Source: Planctomycetota bacterium (GTDB lineage Bacteria; Planctomycetota; UBA11346). Taken from it: DNA of 64,000 nt. Of the stretch, positions 1-9,723 are shown piece after piece. The position numbers were made by a program, and so were the translations under genes. Within the stretch, counting starts at the first letter, position 1, and the number at the start of each line of letters is the position of its first letter. A model generated the notes under the pieces. That model saw nothing but the letters and a program-made list of their open reading frames with translations, did no database searches and was not told the origin of the DNA. Where the stretch lies: positions 11,571 to 75,570 of the forward strand of contig JBBQSO010000016.1 of NCBI GenBank assembly GCA_038213805.1. The letters are read 5' to 3'.

Positions 1-430
1 TGGTGGACAGCACCACCGGCACGCCGCGCCAGCGCTCGAGCGCGCTCGCCACAAGCGCCCATGCCGCCCCGGCCGCGGCGGCCAGCAGCAGCGCGACCGG
101 CAGCACCACCCACGCTGGCCCGGGCAGCGCCCAGCGCGTACCGCAAGCGACCAGCAGCGCCGCGCCGGCCAGGAACTGGCCTTCGGCACCGATGTTCCAC
201 ACGCCACAGCGGAAGGCGCAAGCGGCGGCAAGCCCGGTGAGCAGCAGCGGACAGGCGCCCTCCAGGGTCAGCGCGAGGCGCTGCCCGTTGCCCACCGCAC
301 CATGCAGCCAGGTCGCGGCGACCTCGCCCGGCGGCCAGCCGGCGCAGGCGAGCACGCCGAGCAGCACGAGCAATGCGCCGAGCGCCGCGCCGGTGGCCAG
401 CAGCAAATCGAGGAATGCGGCGCGGCTCAT
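1..430 (-). CDS. ABC transporter permease, nucleoside/sugar type (truncated by window edge)
   Basis: Translated by hand from ATG 430, which overlaps the stop of the ATPase: MSRAAFLDLLLATG...PLLLTGLAAACAFRCGVWNIGAEGQF. Hydrophobic, with the NIGAEGQ family motif. Not in the ORF track. Confidence 0.9.
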   Translation of the reverse strand, partial: MSRAAFLDLLLATGAALGALLVLLGVLACAGWPPGEVAATWLHGAVGNGQRLALTLEGACPLLLTGLAAACAFRCGVWNIGAEGQFLAGAALLVACGTRWALPGPAWVVLPVALLLAAAAGAAWALVASALERWRGVPVVLST

Positions 431-1971
431 CGCGGCGCTGCGGCGCTGACGGACGCGGACGGCGCACTGGCATCGGCGTCGAGCATGAGTCGACCGATCG
501 CCGCGCGGTCACAGGCCGGCCAGCCGCTGTCGACCAGCCGGCCCCCCTCCATGACCAGCACGCGGTCGCTGACCCGCAACAGCTCGTCGAGATCGCTGTG
601 GATGAGCAGCACCGCCGCGCCGCGCGCACGTGCCGCCACCAGACGGTCGAGCACCGCGGCGGTCGCGCCCAGGTCCAGACCACGCGTCGGGTTGACCGCG
701 ACCACCGCGGGCGGGTCACAGGCCAGCTCGCGCGCCAGCACCACCTTCTGCTGGTTGCCGCCCGACAGCGCGGCGACCGGTTGCTGCGGGCCGCTGCTGC
801 GCACGTCGAAGGCCGCGATCAGGCGACGCGCGTGGTCCTGCCAGGCGCCGCGGTCGAGCCAGCCGTGGCGGCTGGACGGCGCGTCGCCATAGGTCTTGAG
901 CTGCAAATTGGCGCTGATCGGCAGGGCCAGCACCAGGGCCTCCTCCTGACGGTCGCCGGGGATGACGCCAAGGCGGCGCAGCGGCACAGCGGTACGCACC
1001 TCGCCCGCCTGGATGGCCAGCAGGCCGAGCAGTGCCTGAACGAGTTCCTCCTGGCCGTTGCCGTCAACGCCGGCGATGCCGACGATCTCGCCAGCGCGCA
1101 CCATCAGCGTGACGCGGTCGAGCAGCGGGCGCGCGCCTGGGCCAGCGCCAACGACGGTCACCGCGCGCATGGTCAGCAGTTCCGCCGCGCTGTCAGGCGC
1201 CGGCTGTGGCGTGCGCTCTGGGAGCGCCACCGCGCCGCCGATCATGCGCTCCGCAAGTTCGGCGCGGCTGGGTCCGGGCAAAGACCCGCTGTGCACCAGG
1301 CGGCCGCGGCGCAGGACGCTGACCGCGTCGCACAGCTGCTCGACCTCGACGAGCTTGTGGCTGATGAACACCACGGCGGTGCCCTGCGCAGCGAGCGCGC
1401 GCACCGCCGGCAGCAGGGCCTCGACCTCCTGCGGGGCGAGCACCGCGGTGGGTTCATCGAGGATCAGCGCGCGCGGCGCGCCGGTGCGGCCCGCACCATC
1501 CGGCACGGCCGCGCCGACCAGCGCCTTGACGATCTCGACGCGTTGCTGTGCGCCGACCGATAGCCCGCCGACCAGTGCCGCCAAGTCGAGTTTCCAGCCC
1601 AGCGGCGCAACGATGCCGGCGACGCGCCGGGCCAACGCGGCGCGGTCGAAGGCGCCCACCCCGGACAACGTCGCGAGCGCAAGGTTGTCGAGCACGCTGA
1701 GCGTCGGCACCAGCTTGAAGTGCTGGTGGACCATGCCGATGCCAAGCGCCCGCGCCGCGCGTGGCGATGCGATGCGCACCGACGTGCCAGCCACCGCAAT
1801 GGTCCCGGCATCGGGCTGCGCCAGGCCGAACAGGATGTTCATCAGCGTCGATTTGCCCGCGCCATTCTCGCCGAGCAGGCCGTGGATGCTGCCGGGCGCG
1901 ACGTGCAGGGAGACGTCGGTCAGGGCGGGGATGCCGTTGAATGCCTTGCTGATGCCGGTCAGCGTGATCAT
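427..1971 (-). CDS. ABC transporter ATP-binding protein, two ATPase domains (nucleoside/sugar type)
   Basis: Walker A GENGAGKST, LSVGAQQRVEI, ILDEPT; second domain has LSGGNQQK and NPTRGLD. Confidence 0.95.
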   Translation of the reverse strand: MITLTGISKAFNGIPALTDVSLHVAPGSIHGLLGENGAGKSTLMNILFGLAQPDAGTIAVAGTSVRIASPRAARALGIGMVHQHFKLVPTLSVLDNLALATLSGVGAFDRAALARRVAGIVAPLGWKLDLAALVGGLSVGAQQRVEIVKALVGAAVPDGAGRTGAPRALILDEPTAVLAPQEVEALLPAVRALAAQGTAVVFISHKLVEVEQLCDAVSVLRRGRLVHSGSLPGPSRAELAERMIGGAVALPERTPQPAPDSAAELLTMRAVTVVGAGPGARPLLDRVTLMVRAGEIVGIAGVDGNGQEELVQALLGLLAIQAGEVRTAVPLRRLGVIPGDRQEEALVLALPISANLQLKTYGDAPSSRHGWLDRGAWQDHARRLIAAFDVRSSGPQQPVAALSGGNQQKVVLARELACDPPAVVAVNPTRGLDLGATAAVLDRLVAARARGAAVLLIHSDLDELLRVSDRVLVMEGGRLVDSGWPACDRAAIGRLMLDADASAPSASVSAAAPR

Positions 1972-2005
1972 GGCGGAGGCGCGCAGCTCGCGGCGCGAGA
2001 CACCG

Positions 2006-3019
2006 TCACTTCTCCGGTACTACCAGCGCCCCGCTGAGCAGCTGCTTGCCCGCGTTCTCGACCAGCAGTCCCCAGTCGGCCGGGATGACCGTGCCGACCA
2101 GTTTGGGATTGAGCACGGCCACACACGTACCGGTGGCGAGGTTCTCGCGCAGCAGGCCCGGGGTGAAGGTGCCGGCCTGCACCGTCCGCGCGACGCGCAG
2201 GAAGGTCTGGTCGAGGCGGATCACCGCACTCGCGGGCGTCGCCTCGCTGCACACCGCGTTGGCGTTCTGGTCGGCGACCGAGCCGAACACCCAGACCTTG
2301 GTCGTGGGGTTGGCGGCGTTGCGCTCGGCGACCGCCTCGAAGATGCCGCGGCTGGCAGCGTCGACGTCGTGGTAGATGACGTCGATGCCGGCGGTGAAGA
2401 AGGCTTCGGCCTGCGACTTGGAGAGCGCCGGCTGGTCCCAGCTGGTGTAGGCGTCGGCCACGGTCGCGTCCGGTCGCACGCTGCGCGCGCCAGCGAGGAA
2501 ACCACGGTAGCAGGCCAGCACCGACGGGAACCTGGCGCCGCCGATGAAGCCGAGGTGGCCGCTGCGCGTGAGCTTGCCGGCGACCACGCCGAGCTGGTAT
2601 GAGGCCTGGGAGAGGTCGAAGTCGATGGTCACGATGCCCGGCTTGGCGACGTCGGCGCCGCTCACCGCGATGCGCATCTTCGGATTGCTGCGCGCGAATT
2701 CCGCGGCGGGATTGAGGAATTCGTAGCCGTGCGCAATGACCAGGTCGCAGCCATCCGCGGCGCAGGCGCGCAACTCGTCGCCGGCCTTGTCGCCGCTGAC
2801 CTTCTGCACCACCGTCACCTTGGCGCCGAGCTGCTGCTGCGCAGCGGCCATGCCCTCCTTGGCGAGCTGGTTCCAGCCGCCATCGCTGGCCGAGCCAGAG
2901 AGGATCAGGCCGATGCGCAGCGGCTGGCCTTCCGCACACCAGACGGAGGCGAAGGCGGAGAGCAGGAACACGGCGAGCACGGCGGAGATGCGGTGGATTG
3001 CGGACACGGTGGCCTCCAT
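2006..3019 (-). CDS. BMP family ABC transporter substrate-binding protein
   Basis: Signal-like N-terminus, DGGWNQ, IAHGYEF, LGFIGG, SVADQN; first gene of the ABC operon. Confidence 0.9.
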   Translation of the reverse strand: MEATVSAIHRISAVLAVFLLSAFASVWCAEGQPLRIGLILSGSASDGGWNQLAKEGMAAAQQQLGAKVTVVQKVSGDKAGDELRACAADGCDLVIAHGYEFLNPAAEFARSNPKMRIAVSGADVAKPGIVTIDFDLSQASYQLGVVAGKLTRSGHLGFIGGARFPSVLACYRGFLAGARSVRPDATVADAYTSWDQPALSKSQAEAFFTAGIDVIYHDVDAASRGIFEAVAERNAANPTTKVWVFGSVADQNANAVCSEATPASAVIRLDQTFLRVARTVQAGTFTPGLLRENLATGTCVAVLNPKLVGTVIPADWGLLVENAGKQLLSGALVVPEK

Positions 3020-3072
3020 GCGGTGATAACTTGCAGACAGGATGCTGGGCGAAGCCTAGCAAACCCGCCGTC

Positions 3073-6006
3073 TCACACCACCAAGCGGTCGAACCAGCTC
3101 CGCGCGCCCTCACGCGCCAGGTGCAGGGCGAGGTCGAACGCGGCGAGATCCGGGAAGGCGCAGAGCTTGGCGATGCGCGTGCGGTTGGTGGCATCGGTGG
3201 GCAGACTGCTGATCGCCTTGCCCGCCGAAAGGCGCATGCGCCCCTCGGCGAAGCGCATCAGCCGCAGCCCGCTGGTCAGCTCGGTGGCGGCTTCGACCGG
3301 GATGCGCCCGAGTTCGGCCAGGCGCGAGAACATGCCGGCGATCGGTGTGCCCGGCGGCAGCACCGCGGGTGGCAGGCCCAGGCAACGGTGCTGGGCGATG
3401 AACTCATGGTCGACGTAGCCGCCCCAACCGCGCTTGAGGTGGTCGCGCCCGGCGACGCTCTCCTCGAGGCGGCGGCGCATGTCGCGCACCTGCCAAGCGG
3501 CGTCGTGCGGCAGCGGCTGGCCGAGCGCAGCACCGCGGATCAGCGTCAGCGCCTCGTCAGCCAGGCGCGGATCGCCGGCGAGGTACGAGGCGCGCAGCAT
3601 CGCCATGCGCTCCCACAGCTCGCGCGGGGCGCCCCAGTAGTTGCGCAGCTCCTCCATGTTCGCGACCAGCGGGCCGTGCTCGCCCCACGGACGCAGGCGC
3701 GGATCGATCTCGTACAGGCGGCTGTCGGCCGCGGTGCGCATCAGGCCCTGGGCGACGCGCAGCCAGAACTCCTCGCCGTCGTGGTCGGCGCGCGGGCAGC
3801 GGCCGCCGGGGTCGCAGACGAAGAGCACATCGGTGTCCGAGGCGTAGGTCAGTTCACCGCCGCCGAGCTTGCCCAGGCCGATGATCGCGAAGCGCGTCGG
3901 GCGGCCGCCCTGCATCGGCACGCCCCACAGGCGCGCCTGCTCGGCGACCAGGCGCTGCAGCACCGCGCTGAGCACCGCCTGAGCGAGGGTGCTGAGGTGC
4001 AGCCCCACGCGCGCCGACTCCAGGCCCTGAAGGTCGCGGATCGCCACCACTGCGGTCTCGCGCGCGATCAGGAAAGCCAGCGGCGGACCGGGGTCCTTGA
4101 GGCCGTGCACCAGGTGGCGCGCCTCGTTGGCGAGCAGCGCAGGGTTGCGTGGCCGCTGGTTGAGCACGTCGATGATCTCGTCGGCAAGGCCCGCGAAATC
4201 CTGGAGCAGCGCGACCAGGAACGTCGACCAACCGGCGAGGTCGGTGAAGCACTGCAGGATCTCGGGGCGCGCGCCGAGCAGTTCGAAGAAGGTCGCGCGC
4301 CCGCCGACCGCCGAGACGATGCGTGCGAAGTTGTCGAGCGCCTGGTCCGGGTCCGGGCACTTGGCGAACAGTCGCAGCAGCAGGGGCAGGATCGCGACCA
4401 GGCTGCGCTCGGTGCGCGAGCGGCTGAGCAGGAAAAACGACTCGTTGGCGAGCTTGCGCAGGTTGCGCGCCGCCACCGGCAGGTCGCGGAAGCCGACCTG
4501 CGCCAGGTAGCGCCCGGCGAGGCGCTCGTCGGCTTCGCCCTGGACGAGCAGGGCGAGCATCGCGTCCTGCTCCTGAGTGTGGGTCAGGAAGTGGCGCGCG
4601 ACGATCTCGCGCACGCGTACGCGCACTTGCGCCTGGTGCGCGTCGAAGCGCGCCAGCGGGTCGGCACCGGCGAAACCACAGCGCAGGGCGAGCGCGTGGC
4701 GGGCGGGCGCGGCCTTGGGCAGCTCGTGCTCCTGGCGGTCTTCCAACATCTGCAGGCGGTGCTCGACGGTGCGCAACCAGATGTAGAAGCCCTCGAGAAT
4801 GTCCGCGTGGCCCTTGGGCAGGATGCCGCGGTCGCCGACCAGGCGCAGCATCGGCAGCGTGGCGCGCGCGCGCAGCTCGGGCAGGCGTCCGGCGAAGCAC
4901 AGCTGGAAGAACTGCACCAGGAACTCGATATCGCGGATGCCGCCGGCGCCGGTCTTGATGTTGGCCTCCTGGGCGCGCTCCTCGATGCGCCGGCGCATGC
5001 TGCGTGCCTCCTCCAGGGTCTCCCACTCGGGCTCCTGCGGGAACACCCAGGGGCGCAGCTCCTCGACGAATGCGGTGCCGATGGCCAGATCGCGGCGCAG
5101 CCCGGCGATGGGCCGCGCCTTGATCATCGCCTGCCGCTCCCACGGGCGCCCGATGCTGTAGTAGTAGTCGATGGTCTCGCGCAGACTCAGCACCAGCTCG
5201 CCCTTGTCGCCCTCGGGGCGCAGGCGCATGTCGACGCGGAACAGCCGGCCTCGGCCGTCGGGCTCCTCGAGCATGCCAATGAGATCGCGGCCGAGGCGCT
5301 GGAAGCGCTCGTGCATGGCGCCCTCGGGATCGTCCTCGAGGCCGCTGCGGTAGAGGAAGATCAGGTCGATGTCCGAGCTGTAATTCAGCTCGCGGGCGCC
5401 GTGCTTGCCCATGCCCAGGACTACGAATCCGGTCGCGGGTTCGGTCAGCAGCGCGGTGTGGCGCTCGGCAACCAGGTCGAGCGCCGCCTGGACGAGCACG
5501 TCGACGATGTCCGAGAGTTCGCGCACCACCGCCTCGAAACCGAGCGCGCCGGTGACGTCGCCGAGGATGATGCGCAGGAAGTGGCGGTGCTTGAAGCGCG
5601 CCAGGACGGTCGGGCGCTGCGCCGGGTCCGCGGCGGCAAGCTCGTCCGCCAGGGTCGCGCCCAGGAAGCCTCGCCCCCACACCTGGCGGTATTCGCGCCC
5701 GGCGACCAGGGCGAGGAACTCGTGCGGGCGCAGCCGCGCGACCTCCGCGGCGTAGCGGCTGAAACTGCCGACGCGCAGCAGCAGGTCGAGGGCCTCAGTG
5801 TCGACGCGCAGGCGCTCAAGCAGCTGCGCCGGGTCGGCGCCGGCCTCGACAAAGGCGCGCAGGTCGGTCCAGGCGCGTGCCGGGTCGAGGGCGCCCCCGG
5901 CCACGGGCAGGGCGTGCGCGAGGACCGCCGCGGCGGGCTCGCCCCAGGTCTCCACCCAGGTCGCCTGCCAGGGCGCGGGAGCCGCAGGAAGGGGTTCGGT
6001 GCTCAT
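3073..6006 (-). CDS. glnE: Glutamine synthetase adenylyltransferase/deadenylylase
   Basis: Two nucleotidyltransferase domains: GMGKHGARELNYSSDIDL/RVDMRLRPEG and GLGKLGGGELTYASDTD/DPRLRPWG. Start placed at ATG 6006. Confidence 0.93.
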   Translation of the reverse strand: MSTEPLPAAPAPWQATWVETWGEPAAAVLAHALPVAGGALDPARAWTDLRAFVEAGADPAQLLERLRVDTEALDLLLRVGSFSRYAAEVARLRPHEFLALVAGREYRQVWGRGFLGATLADELAAADPAQRPTVLARFKHRHFLRIILGDVTGALGFEAVVRELSDIVDVLVQAALDLVAERHTALLTEPATGFVVLGMGKHGARELNYSSDIDLIFLYRSGLEDDPEGAMHERFQRLGRDLIGMLEEPDGRGRLFRVDMRLRPEGDKGELVLSLRETIDYYYSIGRPWERQAMIKARPIAGLRRDLAIGTAFVEELRPWVFPQEPEWETLEEARSMRRRIEERAQEANIKTGAGGIRDIEFLVQFFQLCFAGRLPELRARATLPMLRLVGDRGILPKGHADILEGFYIWLRTVEHRLQMLEDRQEHELPKAAPARHALALRCGFAGADPLARFDAHQAQVRVRVREIVARHFLTHTQEQDAMLALLVQGEADERLAGRYLAQVGFRDLPVAARNLRKLANESFFLLSRSRTERSLVAILPLLLRLFAKCPDPDQALDNFARIVSAVGGRATFFELLGARPEILQCFTDLAGWSTFLVALLQDFAGLADEIIDVLNQRPRNPALLANEARHLVHGLKDPGPPLAFLIARETAVVAIRDLQGLESARVGLHLSTLAQAVLSAVLQRLVAEQARLWGVPMQGGRPTRFAIIGLGKLGGGELTYASDTDVLFVCDPGGRCPRADHDGEEFWLRVAQGLMRTAADSRLYEIDPRLRPWGEHGPLVANMEELRNYWGAPRELWERMAMLRASYLAGDPRLADEALTLIRGAALGQPLPHDAAWQVRDMRRRLEESVAGRDHLKRGWGGYVDHEFIAQHRCLGLPPAVLPPGTPIAGMFSRLAELGRIPVEAATELTSGLRLMRFAEGRMRLSAGKAISSLPTDATNRTRIAKLCAFPDLAAFDLALHLAREGARSWFDRLVV

Positions 6007-6264
6007 CGCCGTAGGTGCAGATTGCGCGCCATTTGCGGCGTTGCCACAGGCAGGACTCTGGCTCCCGGCACGCTCACTGGCCCCTACCAATCATCCGTTC
6101 CACTGATCCTCCATGACGATCCCCCGCTGCGGGATTCCAAGGAGCAGGAATCCACCGGGACGACCAGCGAAGCAGAGGCAGCGATCACGAGCCGCAGCGG
6201 AGCGTCATGCGGGGCTGCCACTCTCCTTCCTTCCCTTCCCACCTCTTTGCGATCACATACCGGG

Positions 6265-6864
6265 ATGTTCACCGGCATCATCGAACACGTCGGCCGCCTC
6301 GCGGAGGCCCGCCACGCGCCCCAGGACACCGTCCTGTCCCTGGACCTTGGGCCGCTTGCCGAGGGCACGAAGCTTGGCGATAGCATCGCCGTGAACGGCG
6401 TGTGCCTGACCGTGGCCCGACTGGACGGCGCAGTCGCCGGCTTCGACGTCAGTGCCGAGTCGCGGCGCAAGACCACCATCCCCGGCTGGGCGGTCGGCCA
6501 CGCCGTCAATCTCGAGCGCGCCCTGGCCTTCGGCCAGCGCTTGGGCGGTCACCTGGTAAGCGGCCACGTCGACGGCGTCGGCCGCCTGGTCGAGCGCCGC
6601 CGCGAAGGCGACAGCGAGCGCTTCACCATCGTGCTGCCCGACGACGGCAGCGTGCAGGTCGTCGAGAAGGGCTCGCTCGCCATCGACGGCATCAGCTTGA
6701 CCACCTGGGACTGCCGGGGCGCGCGCTGCTCCATCGCCGTCATCCCCCACACCCTCGCCCACACCACCCTCGCCGGCCTGCGCGCGGGTCACCCGGTGAA
6801 TCTGGAACAGGACATCGTGGGCAGGTGGGTGGAGAAGATGGTGAAGGGAACCTCAAGACCGTGA
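6265..6864 (+). CDS. ribE: Riboflavin synthase (alpha chain)
   Basis: N-terminal MFTGII, GDSIAVNGVCLT, VNLERAL, GGHLVSGHVD, KGSLAIDGISLT. This is the real 3' part of track ORF 2998..6864. Confidence 0.96.
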   Translation: MFTGIIEHVGRLAEARHAPQDTVLSLDLGPLAEGTKLGDSIAVNGVCLTVARLDGAVAGFDVSAESRRKTTIPGWAVGHAVNLERALAFGQRLGGHLVSGHVDGVGRLVERRREGDSERFTIVLPDDGSVQVVEKGSLAIDGISLTTWDCRGARCSIAVIPHTLAHTTLAGLRAGHPVNLEQDIVGRWVEKMVKGTSRP

Positions 6865-7056
6865 GCCAAGACCCGGGTCTCGAAGTGCAGACGACCGCGC
6901 GATCGACCACTCTGCCATTCATGCACGCCGCGTCTGAGAGACTTCCGCTCTGAGGCGACAGCCAGCGCTCTCCCGTCACGCGTCCCAACCCTCGTGACGT
7001 CGCCGCCAACGCCTCACCCCTAGCATCCCTCCCCAACGCCGGATACGGTCCCAAGC

Positions 7057-7782
7057 ATGGCCATCACCTGGGCGATCTGCCGACGCGATCTGCTCGCGGC
7101 CTTCACCACGCCACTGGCGTGGCTGGTGCTGGCGTGCTGGTCGCTGCTGACCAACGGGGTGTTCGTGCGCACGCTGGAACGCGTGCACGGCACGCCTGGT
7201 GATGAGGTGCCACTGGCGGTCGATGCGCTCTACCTGGGGGTGTTCTTCCTCTCGTTGCTCGCTCCTGCGATCACCATGACCAGCTTCGCGGCGGAGCGCA
7301 GCCAGGGCACCATGCAGCTGCTGCTGACCGTGCCGATCCGCGAGCATCAGCTGGTGCTCGGTAAGTTCCTGGCCTCGTTCCTGGTGCTTGCTGCGCTGGT
7401 CGTGACCACCCTGGTCCACCCCCTGGTGCTGCTGCTGGTCAGCCAGGTCAACGTGCCGCACCTGCTCGCGGGCTACCTCGGCCTGCTGCTGGCGTGCGCG
7501 CTGTATGCGGCGCTGGGCACCTGGATCAGCCTGCTGGTCGACAGTCCGGTGGCCGCGTACGTGCTGACCTTCGCGGCCATCGCGGTGCTGCTGATCATCG
7601 GGTTGGCGGGCCCCGAGAGCTGGCTGCACCGTGTCGGCGATGCGCTCGGCCTGGGCGTACGCTCCGGACCGTTCTTCCGCGGCGAGGTGCGGCTCGGCAA
7701 CGTTCTCTACTTCGCCGGCGGCACGGCGGCTTGCCTGCTGATGGCCCATGCAGCGCTGTGCGCACGGCGGATCCATGGGTGA
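7057..7782 (+). CDS. ABC-2 type permease, GldF-like
   Basis: Multi-TM protein with PAITMTSFAAERSQGTMQLLLTVPIR...LVLGKF. Confidence 0.88.
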   Translation: MAITWAICRRDLLAAFTTPLAWLVLACWSLLTNGVFVRTLERVHGTPGDEVPLAVDALYLGVFFLSLLAPAITMTSFAAERSQGTMQLLLTVPIREHQLVLGKFLASFLVLAALVVTTLVHPLVLLLVSQVNVPHLLAGYLGLLLACALYAALGTWISLLVDSPVAAYVLTFAAIAVLLIIGLAGPESWLHRVGDALGLGVRSGPFFRGEVRLGNVLYFAGGTAACLLMAHAALCARRIHG

Positions 7783-9403
7783 ACCTGAGACGGGTCCGGA
7801 GGTCCGGAAGTCCGGAAGTCCGGAAGTCGGAGAGAACGCATCCGCGGGCAAGCCGCGGAGCGGCGGGTTCATGGCACGGTTGTCGGGGCTGGGGGCGCGC
7901 ACGGTGCTGTTCCTGGTGCTGATGGTGCTGGTGGTCGCGGCAGCGGACCGCAGCAAGCTGCAGGCGGACTGGAGCGCGGACCACCGCTTCTCGCTGTCGC
8001 CCAGCTTGGTGCGCATCCTGGGCGAGCAGACGCAGCCGGTGGAGCTGGTCACCATCTGGCGCGGCGACTACGAGCAGGACCTGCAGCCGCTGTCCGACGC
8101 CCTGCGCCTGATGGCGCAGGTGAATCCGGTGGTGACGCTGCGCCACATCGACAGCCAGCTCGACAAGGGCGCGCTCGCCGACTTCAAGCGCCGCTTCCAG
8201 GATGCCGAGGAACCGGCGATCTACCTCGCCCCGGCCGCTGGCTCGCGCGCCTTCAAGATCGCGGTGACCACGGCCACCCGGCAGGTGCTGCAGCGCGAAG
8301 TCGGCGGCGGGCTGGTCGCGCTGCGCGACGAGCATCCGCCGCAAGCGGCGCTGCTCGCGGGCCACGGCGAGCTGCGCGCGGACGGCGGCGACGAGGACGG
8401 TGACGAGCTGCTGGTGCGCACCCTCGACCTTGCCGGCTTCCAGACCGGCCGCCTGGAGCTGGCGCGCGGCGCCACGCTGCCCGCGGACGCGCTGCTGATC
8501 ATCGCCGGCGCGACCGCCGCGCTCGGCGCGCACGATATCGCCGCCGTCGAGGAGCACCTCAAGGATGGCGGCGCTGCCCTGGTACTGGGCGACGACCGTT
8601 TGCCGCAGGATCTCGCCGATCTGCTGCGTCGCCACGGCGTGCTGCTCGGTCCGGGCATCCCGCGCGGCCTCGACCCGACGCAGTGGCCAGCCTTCCTCGT
8701 CGCCGGCGCGCCGACGCGGCCTGCGCAGGTGCTGGCAAGCATGCACCACCACTTCGTCGGTCAGGATGCGGTGCTGCCGCACCACAACCTGCTCTTCGAC
8801 GCGGCCGGCATGAATCCCACCCATCCGGTCACGGCGCAGACCGCCGCGGGCGGCCGCAGCGTACTCAGCCCGTGGAGCACCATCCTCACCATCGTCGACC
8901 CCGCCGGCCTAGGCGACAGCGCCGCCGCCAACAACCTGATCGCCGCCTACCTCGCCATCGGCACACCGCCGTTCACCGCGCAGCGCCTGCTCTCGACCTA
9001 TCCCGGCGACGTCTGGGCAGCGCCGCGCACCGACCCGCTGCAGCCACCCGCGCAGCTCGCCACGGCAAAGCCGTTCGATCTCGCCTGCGCCCTGTCCTAC
9101 CACGCGGCCGCCACCAGCGTGCGCCAGGACCGCCACACCCGCCTGGTGGTGTGGGCCAGCCGCCAAGCCGCCAGCGACGGGGTGTTGGGCCTTGGCACCT
9201 TCGCCAACGCCGCGCTGCTCGCCGACTGCTGCCGCTGGCTCGCCAACCGCGAGGCCGCCACGGACATTCCCGCCGCCGAGACCGCCGCCTTCCGCGTCGA
9301 CTGCAGCGACAATGCCCTCACGTATCTGACCGCCATCCTGGTCGCGATCATCCCCTGCCTGTTCATCGGCGGGGCGATCATCGCGTGGTGGGAGCGGCGC
9401 TGA
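7775..9403 (+). CDS. GldG-like ABC transporter auxiliary component
   Basis: N-terminal TM, DWSADHRFSLSP, LLAGHGE, FANAALL, C-terminal TM ending WWERR. Follows the GldF-like gene. Alternative start at 7871. Confidence 0.8.
   Translation: MGEPETGPEVRKSGSPEVGENASAGKPRSGGFMARLSGLGARTVLFLVLMVLVVAAADRSKLQADWSADHRFSLSPSLVRILGEQTQPVELVTIWRGDYEQDLQPLSDALRLMAQVNPVVTLRHIDSQLDKGALADFKRRFQDAEEPAIYLAPAAGSRAFKIAVTTATRQVLQREVGGGLVALRDEHPPQAALLAGHGELRADGGDEDGDELLVRTLDLAGFQTGRLELARGATLPADALLIIAGATAALGAHDIAAVEEHLKDGGAALVLGDDRLPQDLADLLRRHGVLLGPGIPRGLDPTQWPAFLVAGAPTRPAQVLASMHHHFVGQDAVLPHHNLLFDAAGMNPTHPVTAQTAAGGRSVLSPWSTILTIVDPAGLGDSAAANNLIAAYLAIGTPPFTAQRLLSTYPGDVWAAPRTDPLQPPAQLATAKPFDLACALSYHAAATSVRQDRHTRLVVWASRQAASDGVLGLGTFANAALLADCCRWLANREAATDIPAAETAAFRVDCSDNALTYLTAILVAIIPCLFIGGAIIAWWERR
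7794..7830. repeat. Octamer tandem repeat (GTCCGGAA) x4
   Basis: GTCCGGAG, then GTCCGGAA x3, then GTCGG. Confidence 0.9.
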
Positions 9404-9428
9404 GGCCTGGAGAAGTTTGCAAGTGGCA

Positions 9429-9667
9429 GATGGCTGATGGCTGATGGCTGATGGCTGATGGCTGATGGCTGATGGCTGATGGCTGATGGCTGATGGCCTC
9501 CGGTCCAGGTGGAGGGTCCCGTAATCAGGGACCTCTATCAGAATCCCACCTGCGACCACCGCATACAAGCCGCCAGCCGCCAGCCGTCAGCGGCCCGCTG
9601 GCCGCCAGGCCAGCGCAGGCAGGGCATGACCCACGTCCATCACCCATCAGCCATCAGCCATCACCAT
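9429..9667. repeat. Heptamer array (GATGGCT) x9 plus a partial unit, with an inverted degenerate arm
   Basis: Left arm 9429-9497. Complementary ccatcacccatcagccatcagccatcaccat at 9637-9667 and agccgccagccgccagccgtcagc at about 9568-9591. Confidence 0.95.
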
Positions 9668-9723
9668 GCGGCAAGCCGTGCCCTCCATCGCACCGTGACG
9701 AGATCGATCCCGGGCCTCGGGTT

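Noticed and set aside
2998..6264. Long + strand ORF apparently fused to riboflavin synthase (track 2998..6864)
   Set aside because: It is the antisense shadow of glnE. Riboflavin synthase needs a free MFTG N-terminus, which is at 6265.
6007..6264. FMN riboswitch upstream of riboflavin synthase
   Set aside because: The conserved AGGGCGGGGTGAAATTCCC...AGTCCGGATG elements are absent.
9429..9497. CRISPR array
   Set aside because: These are contiguous 7-bp units with no spacers, and there are no cas genes in the window.
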